60,062 bases of DNA from Patescibacteria group bacterium (GTDB lineage Bacteria; Patescibacteriota; UBA1384; 2-12-FULL-50-11). Below are positions 37,997 to 46,695 of this stretch, piece after piece. The notes below the pieces were generated by a model. That model ran no database searches. It was not told where the DNA came from and worked only from the letters and a program-made list of their open reading frames with translations. Position 1 is the stretch's first letter. Every line of letters begins with the position of its first letter. The stretch is from assembly GCA_040900165.1 (NCBI GenBank), contig JBBDZM010000015.1, positions 5,383-65,444 of the forward strand, written 5' to 3'. The position numbers and the translations under genes were made by a program.

Positions 37997-40900
37997 AGCA
38001 AGCCCGAACAATTATTATCAACGGCTTTATTGCTGCCACCATCTTACTGTCGATGCCGATTAGTTTGGTCGGCCAGGCTTGGGCCCAGGAGCAGAATCCG
38101 CCAATCAACCAAACGCTCGAGCAGGATTACGCCGACGAAGACCCGAGCGACGGCGGCGTGTCCGCCGAATACGTGGCGGAGTACGACAATAAGCAGATTA
38201 CTACCCAGCTCAACGGGCTGGAGAAGCTAGCTGACTACCACGACAGTATTAGAATGTCGCCGCAAGACGCCCAAGCCCTCCGCGATGGCCGGGTTGATGT
38301 TCGGGTCACTGACTACCTGCTCTATTTAGTTACCCCGCTCGAGTTGGGCGGTGCTGGCCTGGATAATATTAAGATCCAGCGGATTCTCAAAAACTACAAC
38401 ACCGACGGAATTGGCCGGTTCGACCGCGAAACGCTCTCGTCGATCGAAGAGGGCGAGAACTTTGTGTCGGCCCATAACTCCGGCCAGGCCATTGATATCT
38501 CGGAAGTCGGGGCCGTCACCTGTAAATTAATCAAAAAGAGCTATTTAGGCGGCTCCTCCACCAGCTTCCAACGAGCCAAACCAATCAAAATCGCCTGGCA
38601 AAGCCGAGAAGGAATCAACCGCACCCCCACACCAAGGGGGCCAAGCCTTTACGAGGTGGCTAGCAATATGAGCGCCCAGAGCATCCTGCAGATGCTTAAC
38701 GACTCCGGGGAAATGGACGACTTTGCCGACTACGTTAAGGGGCTGTCTGTTGAAGAAATATTCCAGTACGTCGGCGCCAATATCCTAATGAAGCACTACG
38801 GGACGGGCGATATTATGGTTGATCCTCGCTCGGGCGACATCGCCGATGTACTTGGGGCCTTGATTCTTCAGAGGCTTATCCCCAATCTACCCCCTGGCCT
38901 GCCAACTGCCCAAGCTAACGACGATATTCGGGTGGCAATCGCTCGAGCCCATTTAGAAGACCTATTAAATCTCCCGCCCGGCTCGTTAAGAGGCAGTGGC
39001 TGGAACGAGATCCTCGCCAGCACGGGTAAGCGGACCATGGAAAATGCCCTGGGATTGCCAGCGCTAACTTTTGATAGTCGTTCGCTAGCGGAGGTACTAA
39101 AGAACGGCTCAGTTCAAGCATCGCTCAAACAGTTCAAAAAAGACGACAGCTCTTTTGGGGTATTACCAGGAACAATTGCGATCATTGCCAAAGGAGATGA
39201 CCAAGGGTTCATCTGGGCTGGCGCCAATTTATTCGCTGATGCTCTCCGGTTAAGCGACGCCCAGAAACAACAGCTGATTCAAGCCGTCAAGAACTCACAA
39301 ACCCCAAACATCACCCTTAGCTCAACCGGCTCCGACGTGGCGGCGCCAATCAATGTTTTGGAGGCTCTGCTCGACAAAACGGGAGGGACTTCCGTCCTTA
39401 AGGATTTTGGACAGAAATATTTAGGGCAAATCCTGGGGAAAGTCGTTCCAAATGAGCTACTCGGGCTAACAAAAGCGGTTGTTGGTCAGTTAGCTAATTC
39501 GACCAGTAATGTTGTCTACGGCGACCTGCGCCGATCCATTGGCAGCCGGAAGATTGCTTCCGACAGCTCGATACCGCCAGCCCAGGCCGACGCTCTAAAA
39601 AATGGCACTGGTAACAATCGATATTACTCGCAGATTGCTAATACCCTAAATAACGAATTTGCTATCGATTCAAATAGCCAGTTAACCGCCAGCGATATTA
39701 GTAGTCTTTTCACCAGCGGCGGTGATGCAGTGTTGGCAAAAGTTGGCGGCAACCAGGCCGATAAAGCGATAGGCTGGAACCCCGGCACCGGCTATGCGGT
39801 AATTAACGGCGATAAAACTCTTGCCCAAGGTCTGCAGGAAGTATTCACCAGCACCATCACCCAGATCGCTGGACTGCGCCAAGGGACGACCGTTAGCCTG
39901 AATGGCGACTTGTCTCGTAACTACGGCGATGCTCTAGTTGAGCAATCATTGGGCATAAATATTGCCGGCAACGGATCGGCTACCGACATCAGCCCCCAAA
40001 CTCTTTATCCGGCGTTTGGCATTAGCGATTCCCGGTCACTAGCACAGTTGCGTAGTGACTCTGGTTTTTGGAGTAAAAATAACGTCAAAGACGCCCTGGA
40101 GTTTACCGATGTCCGTCTCGGTGTGGCCCTCGGGACCAGCGAGGATTACCTGCGCGGTAAAATTAATAACGACAAGCTGTCGAAAACGGTAGCCCAGGAG
40201 AACCTGGGGAAGATTACCCAGGAAAAAGTCCTTAGTTTCCTCGATCTCGACGACGCCTTCAAACTAAGCAAGGACGAACTTGGCTATATTATTACCACTA
40301 TTGGCAGCTGGGATAGCGCTGGCTTGAGCGCCCAGCAAAAAGTTCTCAATCTCGGCCTAAAACTAATTGGCCGGACTTGGGATCAGCGAACCGCCTTTGG
40401 TAAAGATGCTTTTTTAAATATTGTCCAAAGCAAAGATCAGGCCGCATTGGTTGACCAACTAATTGATCAAGGGATTCGTCGGTTAGCCGGTGCCCTTGGC
40501 GCCAATATCGACAGCTTTGAGCCGGCCGATCTAAAGATCCTGTCCCGTTTAATTACGGATGCCTATAACGGTGGCATCAATGGGAGCACCGGCGCCTATG
40601 GTCTCACGGCCGAGGCGCTGATTACCAAATGGCTAACTGACGCAACAAAAATCCCGGTAACAAGCGACGTTAAAACCTTTATCACCGGGGATTTCCGAGC
40701 CGGGTTGGAGTACTGGTCAGCTGCCCAAATGGTCGAGTTTGCCACTAAATTCTTGCCCGACGGCTCAACACTAACTTACGACGAGATGCGCAATGCTATC
40801 GATCTTACCGACAGTTCCCTAATCAATCTCCGGGCCCAAACAATTGCCGCCAAAGAAGGGGGTACTGCCGATAAGTACACCGACCAAGCCCGCCGCGAGT

Positions 40901-42297
40901 TAATGCAAGAAGCGCGCGATAACTCCAAGTACAAAATTTCCGACGCCTTCCTGCGCCAAGCCGAGATTCCGGTTCCCGCCAATTTCTCGCAAACGATGTT
41001 TGCCGGCTCAACCCAAGAACGCTCGGAGATGATGACTAATGTCGTCTTTTCGTATATCGATCGGGAGCTCCAGAAGATTAATCCAAATTATGTCCCGGGG
41101 ACGCTTGCGGGAATCTTTGCCGGCGATATCGATCCGCTCCAGACCGACCAAATTATTAGCAATATCGTCAGTAATAGCTCGGTGTCGCTTGGATCGTTCT
41201 CAACCGGATTTATCGCTAATTTTTATCAATTTATTAAAGCCGGCGATAAAACCAGCTTCTTCACCGACAGCAAACACAGCTCGATGTGGCAGTATATGGA
41301 GAACTGGCTCGGCAATAATTTGGGAATTAGCGGTCTGTCGGCTGGCTACGCCAAAACCATCTACTATGCCTCCCAACACGGCTGGAGCACTAGCGCCTCG
41401 CTAACCCAGAACGGCAAGGTTATCGTCCCGTCGATTAACCAACTGGGGCAGGCCTTGGTCGCCAGCCGCCTCACCCAGATGGCCGACAAAGTTATGAATC
41501 TGCCAGTTGGCTCTAGCTACCAAATTTACCAAGCGGCCACCGGCGTTGCTAGCGCTTCGCGCGCACTAGCGGCGGCCCGAGCGGCCGGTGATGCCGGGAG
41601 AATTTCGCAAGCGCAGAACGGTTTGGCTAGTGCCCAGAACGAGCTAACTGTCATTGCCATTACTATCGCCCTGAACTCCTGCCAGGCCTGCCAGCAGTTT
41701 TTCTCCTCGATTGATCGACTAATCGCCGCCCCGCCGGGCTTCACTAACGCCCTGGTCGCCGGAGCGATTGCTGCAGCATTTGGACTGGGTCCGGCCGGAT
41801 TAATCGCCGCGGCGGCAATATTTCTCTTTGGCGTCTACAAAGTCGAGTACAAATGCCCTCTGCCACCGCCGGACCGCTTTGCCCTAACCCAGTTTGACGA
41901 CCCGCTTGATCAGCTGGAGCCGTCGAAAAATACTTACTACAGCGATCCTAATAAGCCCGTCAAAGACCACCCGGCCCCCGGTGAAAACCCGTTTGATTGG
42001 GACGACGGCGTACCGTTCGTTGACGGCAATAACCCGGAGCTGTGGATGGCCTGGAGCCGTTACTTTACCGGCAAACTCTTAGATTCAACGATGGCGTTTG
42101 GCGCCAGCAATACCGGTGCTAAGAAACCAGTCCAAGTAATTACCTTCCGCCAGGCCAACGCCGAGTATTTTGCCCCGAAATCGCTTGCGACATTTGGTCC
42201 GGAAGAAATCGGCAACAATCGGGTTGGACTCGGGTTCACCCAGGCCTCAACTAAAACCACTGACTGGGTCCACACCGCTTTTGGAGGGTTCTTTTAA
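37987..42297 (+). CDS. giant (1436 aa) secreted/membrane-anchored protein of unknown function
   Basis: N-terminal signal-like segment (..SLVGQAWAQEQ), SAHNSGQAIDIS motif at about 38467-38502, a long Gly/Ala/Ser/Asn-rich body and hydrophobic helices near residues 1230-1270. Confidence 0.6.
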   Translation: MSVEQARTIIINGFIAATILLSMPISLVGQAWAQEQNPPINQTLEQDYADEDPSDGGVSAEYVAEYDNKQITTQLNGLEKLADYHDSIRMSPQDAQALRDGRVDVRVTDYLLYLVTPLELGGAGLDNIKIQRILKNYNTDGIGRFDRETLSSIEEGENFVSAHNSGQAIDISEVGAVTCKLIKKSYLGGSSTSFQRAKPIKIAWQSREGINRTPTPRGPSLYEVASNMSAQSILQMLNDSGEMDDFADYVKGLSVEEIFQYVGANILMKHYGTGDIMVDPRSGDIADVLGALILQRLIPNLPPGLPTAQANDDIRVAIARAHLEDLLNLPPGSLRGSGWNEILASTGKRTMENALGLPALTFDSRSLAEVLKNGSVQASLKQFKKDDSSFGVLPGTIAIIAKGDDQGFIWAGANLFADALRLSDAQKQQLIQAVKNSQTPNITLSSTGSDVAAPINVLEALLDKTGGTSVLKDFGQKYLGQILGKVVPNELLGLTKAVVGQLANSTSNVVYGDLRRSIGSRKIASDSSIPPAQADALKNGTGNNRYYSQIANTLNNEFAIDSNSQLTASDISSLFTSGGDAVLAKVGGNQADKAIGWNPGTGYAVINGDKTLAQGLQEVFTSTITQIAGLRQGTTVSLNGDLSRNYGDALVEQSLGINIAGNGSATDISPQTLYPAFGISDSRSLAQLRSDSGFWSKNNVKDALEFTDVRLGVALGTSEDYLRGKINNDKLSKTVAQENLGKITQEKVLSFLDLDDAFKLSKDELGYIITTIGSWDSAGLSAQQKVLNLGLKLIGRTWDQRTAFGKDAFLNIVQSKDQAALVDQLIDQGIRRLAGALGANIDSFEPADLKILSRLITDAYNGGINGSTGAYGLTAEALITKWLTDATKIPVTSDVKTFITGDFRAGLEYWSAAQMVEFATKFLPDGSTLTYDEMRNAIDLTDSSLINLRAQTIAAKEGGTADKYTDQARRELMQEARDNSKYKISDAFLRQAEIPVPANFSQTMFAGSTQERSEMMTNVVFSYIDRELQKINPNYVPGTLAGIFAGDIDPLQTDQIISNIVSNSSVSLGSFSTGFIANFYQFIKAGDKTSFFTDSKHSSMWQYMENWLGNNLGISGLSAGYAKTIYYASQHGWSTSASLTQNGKVIVPSINQLGQALVASRLTQMADKVMNLPVGSSYQIYQAATGVASASRALAAARAAGDAGRISQAQNGLASAQNELTVIAITIALNSCQACQQFFSSIDRLIAAPPGFTNALVAGAIAAAFGLGPAGLIAAAAIFLFGVYKVEYKCPLPPPDRFALTQFDDPLDQLEPSKNTYYSDPNKPVKDHPAPGENPFDWDDGVPFVDGNNPELWMAWSRYFTGKLLDSTMAFGASNTGAKKPVQVITFRQANAEYFAPKSLATFGPEEIGNNRVGLGFTQASTKTTDWVHTAFGGFF

Positions 42298-42342
42298 ATG
42301 AATTTTAGAAGACTAAATGAATTTTTTAGAAGACTAAATGAA
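42295..42342 (+). repeat. tandem duplication of the start region (TAAATGAA x3)
   Basis: TAAATGAATTTTAGAAGAC / TAAATGAATTTTTTAGAAGAC / TAAATGAA. The ATGs at 42298 and 42317 open 17- and 6-codon decoy ORFs. The ATG at 42338 opens the real gene. Confidence 0.8.
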
Positions 42343-43522
42343 AAAAGGTAGCGCAACAACTTATATTTTAATTGGCGTTCTACTATTAGCGATCGGCCTG
42401 ATCGTCGCCCCGATACTGCTGATTGGAACATATTTAGGAGGGCACCTGGACAAGGCAACCGGGGCGTTCGGGCCGGGTGGGCTGGGCTGTTTTATCGCTG
42501 ATTCAGCCTTTACCGATACGTCGATCGTTGCCAAACAAGATTCGATTATTGCCCAAATTACGGCCAAGTGGCCGGCGGCGAAAACCAACGAAAAATATGT
42601 TAAGGAAGTATTCACCCGGGGGGAAAAAGAAGGAATTAACCCGTTAATACCGCTGGCGATCTGGGCCGGAGAGCAAACATTTAGCCACCCAGAAAAAGCT
42701 TTTGGTTATGGCTATAAAGACAGCGGGATAATTGCTGGCGTCACTAATTGGGACGCCCAACTGAATGGCGTTTACAACAGTATCGATGACACGATCAACA
42801 ACACCGGCAACTACACCAACCCCACCGACGGCAACCGCTTTACCCGCCTTTTCTATAACTACACCACCGCAATGAAGAATGCCTATTCGCAAGCGGGAAA
42901 CTCTTGGAGTGAAAATTTCCCCGTCGTTAGTGCCCGGTTGGCGATTTTCCGCCTCGTCAATGAGAGCAGTATCACTTGCCAACAGAATACCTTACTGGCA
43001 AGTGCCACCACCGGCAACGACGGAGTACCGCTCTATAAACAAGCCCACTTCCCCCAGAAATACGGTCTGGGGACTATTGCTAGCTCTGGCTGTTGTACGG
43101 TTTCGGCAACAATGATTTTGAATTACTACGGCATAAACGTCGACCCAGTAACTATCTCCAATCTCTCTTACGAAAACGGATTCTACGCGACTAGGGTGAA
43201 CCCAGATACTGGCAAGGTTGAGGGCGCGGGGACTAATCATCTGGGCTTTTACCCATTCTTGGCCAACAAATACGGCCTTCGCCTGGAGAATCTTGGGGTT
43301 GACTGGGATAAGGCCCTTAACAGCTTAAAGAACGGTCAGCCAATCATTGCCCGGGGCAAGGGTGCAGAGCCCTATACCACTAGCGGCCACTGTCTGGTCT
43401 TAACTGGTTACGATAGTGCCACCGGAATGGTTCGTGTTAACAACCCCGCCAACGGAGATGGACCTTATCAGCTTAACTATCTAAAACAAGAGACAACCGT
43501 ACTATACTTATTTAGCAAATGA
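42338..43522 (+). CDS. membrane-anchored cell-wall hydrolase: lysozyme-like N-domain plus peptidase C39-like C-domain
   Basis: N-terminal TM helix, GINPLIPLAIWAGEQTF (glycosidase-like), and C39-like Cys/His motifs SSGCCTVSATMILNYYG and SGHCLVLTGYD. Confidence 0.6.
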   Translation: MKKGSATTYILIGVLLLAIGLIVAPILLIGTYLGGHLDKATGAFGPGGLGCFIADSAFTDTSIVAKQDSIIAQITAKWPAAKTNEKYVKEVFTRGEKEGINPLIPLAIWAGEQTFSHPEKAFGYGYKDSGIIAGVTNWDAQLNGVYNSIDDTINNTGNYTNPTDGNRFTRLFYNYTTAMKNAYSQAGNSWSENFPVVSARLAIFRLVNESSITCQQNTLLASATTGNDGVPLYKQAHFPQKYGLGTIASSGCCTVSATMILNYYGINVDPVTISNLSYENGFYATRVNPDTGKVEGAGTNHLGFYPFLANKYGLRLENLGVDWDKALNSLKNGQPIIARGKGAEPYTTSGHCLVLTGYDSATGMVRVNNPANGDGPYQLNYLKQETTVLYLFSK

Positions 43523-44097
43523 TTAAACGCAACCTTATCCCAATATTAGCAATCGCATTTGTAGGCTTGGTGACCCTGTTTGTTTTCTCGTCTCAAAAAG
43601 GAACCGTCGTTGCCAGCATCAGCGATAAGAGCGAGATTAAAGACAATGTGGCGATAAGTTTCAGCGCCGATAAATACAAAAAATCCTACTTAGTCCCTGG
43701 CAGTATTAAGCTTCGCCCGGGTAGTTATTCCTTTAGTGCCTATGCGCCTGGTTCGAGTATTCTAGAGGGTAAGGTTACTGTTGCTAACGGACAAGATGCG
43801 GCTATAACTATCCTGCTGACTAAAAACCCTGACGCCGATCTGCCCGGGAGCAACCCAGACAGTCTCGACGATATCCCCAACTACGGTCTCTTTCCTCACG
43901 TAACCGGCGATTATCGGTTGGAGGCGGTGCTAAATAGTGACAGTACTAAAATAGATCATCTGCGGTTAACGGTTTACCATCACTTTGCGACTAGTTTTAA
44001 CGAGCAGGATCGTCAGGCGGCGTTAGCCGACGCTAAAAAATGGCTGGCCGATAACAACATTTCCGACACTTTCAAAATTACCGTCGTTGACGAGTAA
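43519..44097 (+). CDS. bitopic membrane protein, PEGA-like beta domain
   Basis: ATGA overlap with the upstream gene, an N-terminal TM helix, and LRPGSYSFSAYAPGSSILEGKVTVANGQDAAITILL. Confidence 0.45.
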   Translation: MIKRNLIPILAIAFVGLVTLFVFSSQKGTVVASISDKSEIKDNVAISFSADKYKKSYLVPGSIKLRPGSYSFSAYAPGSSILEGKVTVANGQDAAITILLTKNPDADLPGSNPDSLDDIPNYGLFPHVTGDYRLEAVLNSDSTKIDHLRLTVYHHFATSFNEQDRQAALADAKKWLADNNISDTFKITVVDE

Positions 44098-44361
44098 TTA
44101 GTAGCTCACTTTCACCCGGACTGTATAGCCGTGGCCCTTGCCAAGAATATTGGTTAGCTGGGCGTAGAGCTGGGCGCGGCGCAGTCGGAAAAACGTCGCC
44201 TGGGCGGGACTTTTGCACGACAAAACGACTAATTTATTTCTAACCACCACCTTGACTGGTTCCTTGTGAAAAGTTTTTAGATACTGCTGCAGCTTGGTTG
44301 ATAGATATATCCGCGACAAATAGTCGCTGTTTGAGCCGAGAATACTCCCCAAGTGCTCCAT
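44098..44361 (-). CDS. DUF721-like protein downstream of recF
   Basis: 87 aa in the conserved position after recF, with ...VVRNKLVVLSCKSPAQATFFRLRRAQLYAQL resembling DUF721. Confidence 0.55.
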   Translation of the reverse strand: MEHLGSILGSNSDYLSRIYLSTKLQQYLKTFHKEPVKVVVRNKLVVLSCKSPAQATFFRLRRAQLYAQLTNILGKGHGYTVRVKVSY

Positions 44362-45389
44362 TAGATTTTTAGCTCTTCCCAGCCCTTAAATGCGTTGAGT
44401 TTTTTAACGCTGGTGGCAATTAACTGGAACTTGTCACCATAAATTGAGAACAGCCAATCCACATTTTCCTCATCTAACTCCGAAACTAGGTCGTCCAATA
44501 AGATAATCGGTGTGGTCTCAATCTGGCGCTCTAAGTATTTGGCTTCGATGGCTTTGAGCAGAGCAATAGTTGAGCGGGCTTGCCCCCGCGAAGCAAATCG
44601 CCTAGCTAATCGATCGTTGGTGAGAATTTTCAGGTCGTCGCGGTGGGGGCCAAATAAATTGTGCCCTAGCCTGATTTCTTGTTGCTGAAGATCGGCCATT
44701 GTATCCGCCGAAACCTCCATCGACAGCTCGACAGCAATTTTACCGGGCAGGGTGTCGCTTAGCTCCTTAATGGTAGCAGTGGCAAACTTCACAAATTCCT
44801 CCCGGGCCCGGCGAATCTTTTGCGCCAAATTTAACAGCAGCTCATCCCACGGCTGGAGCTCGTCGATCGAAGCCCGGTTAATCTTTAAAAAGAACAGTAG
44901 TTGCGAGCGCTCTCGTAAAACTTGGTTGTAGTCTATTTGGTTCCGGCGAAACTCGGGATCGGACTGCCAAAGAATCCCATCGATAAACTGCCGGCGCAAC
45001 GAGGGCTGTTCAGTAATGATATCGACGTCCTTGGGCACGAACGACACCGACGGCAACATCCCCAGAAACTCCATATAGGTAATTGGTTTGCCACCGACCG
45101 TTAGGCGCCGCTCCACACTTGGATCTTCGCTGAATTGATTACCGTAAAAGAATTCATATTTTTTGGATTTGGCGGTTAAAGAAACCCTCAAATAGGGCTG
45201 ATCAAATTCGGTTAGGTCCTCGATCTTGCTAGTGCGAAAGCTCTTCCCCACCGACACCACCCGAATCGCTTCTAATACCGAGGTTTTCCCCGAACCATTA
45301 TCCCCGGTAATAATTGTTTTGGGAGCGAGAGTAAGTTTTCTATCTGGTTGATTTCGGAAATGCTCTAGACGAAGTGCCGTTACATCCAT
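44361..45389 (-). CDS. recF: DNA replication/repair protein RecF
   Basis: Walker A GDNGSGKTSVLEAI, the signature region, and LLDDLVSELD (Walker B). Confidence 0.9.
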   Translation of the reverse strand: MDVTALRLEHFRNQPDRKLTLAPKTIITGDNGSGKTSVLEAIRVVSVGKSFRTSKIEDLTEFDQPYLRVSLTAKSKKYEFFYGNQFSEDPSVERRLTVGGKPITYMEFLGMLPSVSFVPKDVDIITEQPSLRRQFIDGILWQSDPEFRRNQIDYNQVLRERSQLLFFLKINRASIDELQPWDELLLNLAQKIRRAREEFVKFATATIKELSDTLPGKIAVELSMEVSADTMADLQQQEIRLGHNLFGPHRDDLKILTNDRLARRFASRGQARSTIALLKAIEAKYLERQIETTPIILLDDLVSELDEENVDWLFSIYGDKFQLIATSVKKLNAFKGWEELKI

Positions 45390-46474
45390 TACTCGCTACG
45401 AAGCGGCATCACCAAATATAAGTAGTTGTCTTCGTTAGCGAATTTGGCGACAATCGGGCTGTTTTCGTCGGTAAATTCCAGGATAAAATCACCGTTTAGG
45501 GCGTTAAGCGCATCAATTAGGTACTGGGAGTTGAGCGAGATAGAAAAATCCTTCTCTGAGTCATTTCCCACTGCCACCGCGCTTTTGCTTTCGCCCAATT
45601 GGGGCGAGATAGCGATTACTTCGATGCTGTCTTTTTTGATTAAAAACTTAGTGCTGTAGGCGGAATCGCGCGAGAACAAACTGGCGACTTTCAGAGCATT
45701 TAGCAAAGCCGCCCCGCTCCCGGTAACGCTGATATTTTTTGATTTGGGAATCCGTGATTCAAACGACGGGAAATTACCGTCGATCAGCCGGCTAACTAAA
45801 ATGGTTTTACCCAACGTAAACTGGATCTGTGACTGACTGATGCTAATTTTTACGGAGCTCTCGCCGAGTAACCGCTGGAGCTCGACCAGCGCTTTTTTGG
45901 GGACAATAAACCGACCGTCAGCGGCTTTGGTAGTATGTTCGTATTTGGCTAGCCGATAACCGTCGGTCCCAACAATTGTTAAAGTATTATCTTTAAAATC
46001 AAATAATAGTCCGGTTAAAATCGGTCTGGTGTCGTCGTTAGCGGCCGCGAATAAACAAGTTGATATCGCCCTGTCTAAGATTGAGCTGTCGATAAAAATC
46101 TCCGTATCCGCCGAGACTGCCTGGCTAGTTGGATATTCTTGAGCCGACATTCCTTTGAGTTTTACTTGGTGGTTGGCGGATTTAATTGTCACCGATAAAT
46201 CATTATCAATAACAGTGATTCGTTCGTCGGAGTTATTCTGGAGAAAATCCATAATTAGCCGGGTGGGGATTGTTACTGCCCCCTCTTCTTGGACCTCGGC
46301 CTCAATTACTACTTCAATTGTCTGCTCTAAATCCGTTGCTCGAACGATTAACTCCCCTTCTTTTGCCCCCAAGTAAACGTTTTGTAGTATCGGCAGAGTG
46401 GAGCGGGTAGAGGATAATCTCCCCACTGAATTAAGCGCTTTTACTAGGTCGTTTTTCTTGGAAATTAATTTCAT
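45389..46474 (-). CDS. dnaN: DNA polymerase III beta sliding clamp
   Basis: 361 aa with a three-domain clamp pattern (LPILQNVYL, RPILTGLLF, TDGYRLA), positioned between dnaA and recF. Confidence 0.93.
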   Translation of the reverse strand: MKLISKKNDLVKALNSVGRLSSTRSTLPILQNVYLGAKEGELIVRATDLEQTIEVVIEAEVQEEGAVTIPTRLIMDFLQNNSDERITVIDNDLSVTIKSANHQVKLKGMSAQEYPTSQAVSADTEIFIDSSILDRAISTCLFAAANDDTRPILTGLLFDFKDNTLTIVGTDGYRLAKYEHTTKAADGRFIVPKKALVELQRLLGESSVKISISQSQIQFTLGKTILVSRLIDGNFPSFESRIPKSKNISVTGSGAALLNALKVASLFSRDSAYSTKFLIKKDSIEVIAISPQLGESKSAVAVGNDSEKDFSISLNSQYLIDALNALNGDFILEFTDENSPIVAKFANEDNYLYLVMPLRSE

Positions 46475-46695
46475 CTAGTGAATCCCTGTTTTACTTTTTT
46501 TCTCAATTAAGAACAAGTAATAACTATAAGGGCGGGGATATAGTGGACGTTGACCAACAAACCCCTGTGCAGAAGTTGTTGAAAACTGTGGATAAGTTGT
46601 TGAAACAGCTGGGATAAGTTTTTGAACCATATCTAAGTAGTTAGCTAGGACAACTTTAGTAAAGTTATTAACAGTTATCCACATCATTTTCCACA
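46475..46695. other. oriC candidate (dnaA-dnaN spacer)
   Basis: Perfect DnaA boxes TGTGGATAA (46587-46595) and TTATCCACA (46675-46683), plus TTTTCCACA (46687-46695). AGTTGTTGAAA is repeated next to the boxes. An AT-rich stretch lies at about 46485-46530. Confidence 0.7.

Noticed and set aside
28419-44097. Integrated conjugative element or prophage
   Set aside because: No integrase, relaxase, coupling ATPase, replication or phage structural genes are seen. No flanking direct repeats are seen. The boundaries are a TA/lipoprotein region on one side and the DUF721-recF-dnaN-dnaA core block on the other, with zero intergenic distance there. I cannot exclude missing parts outside the window.
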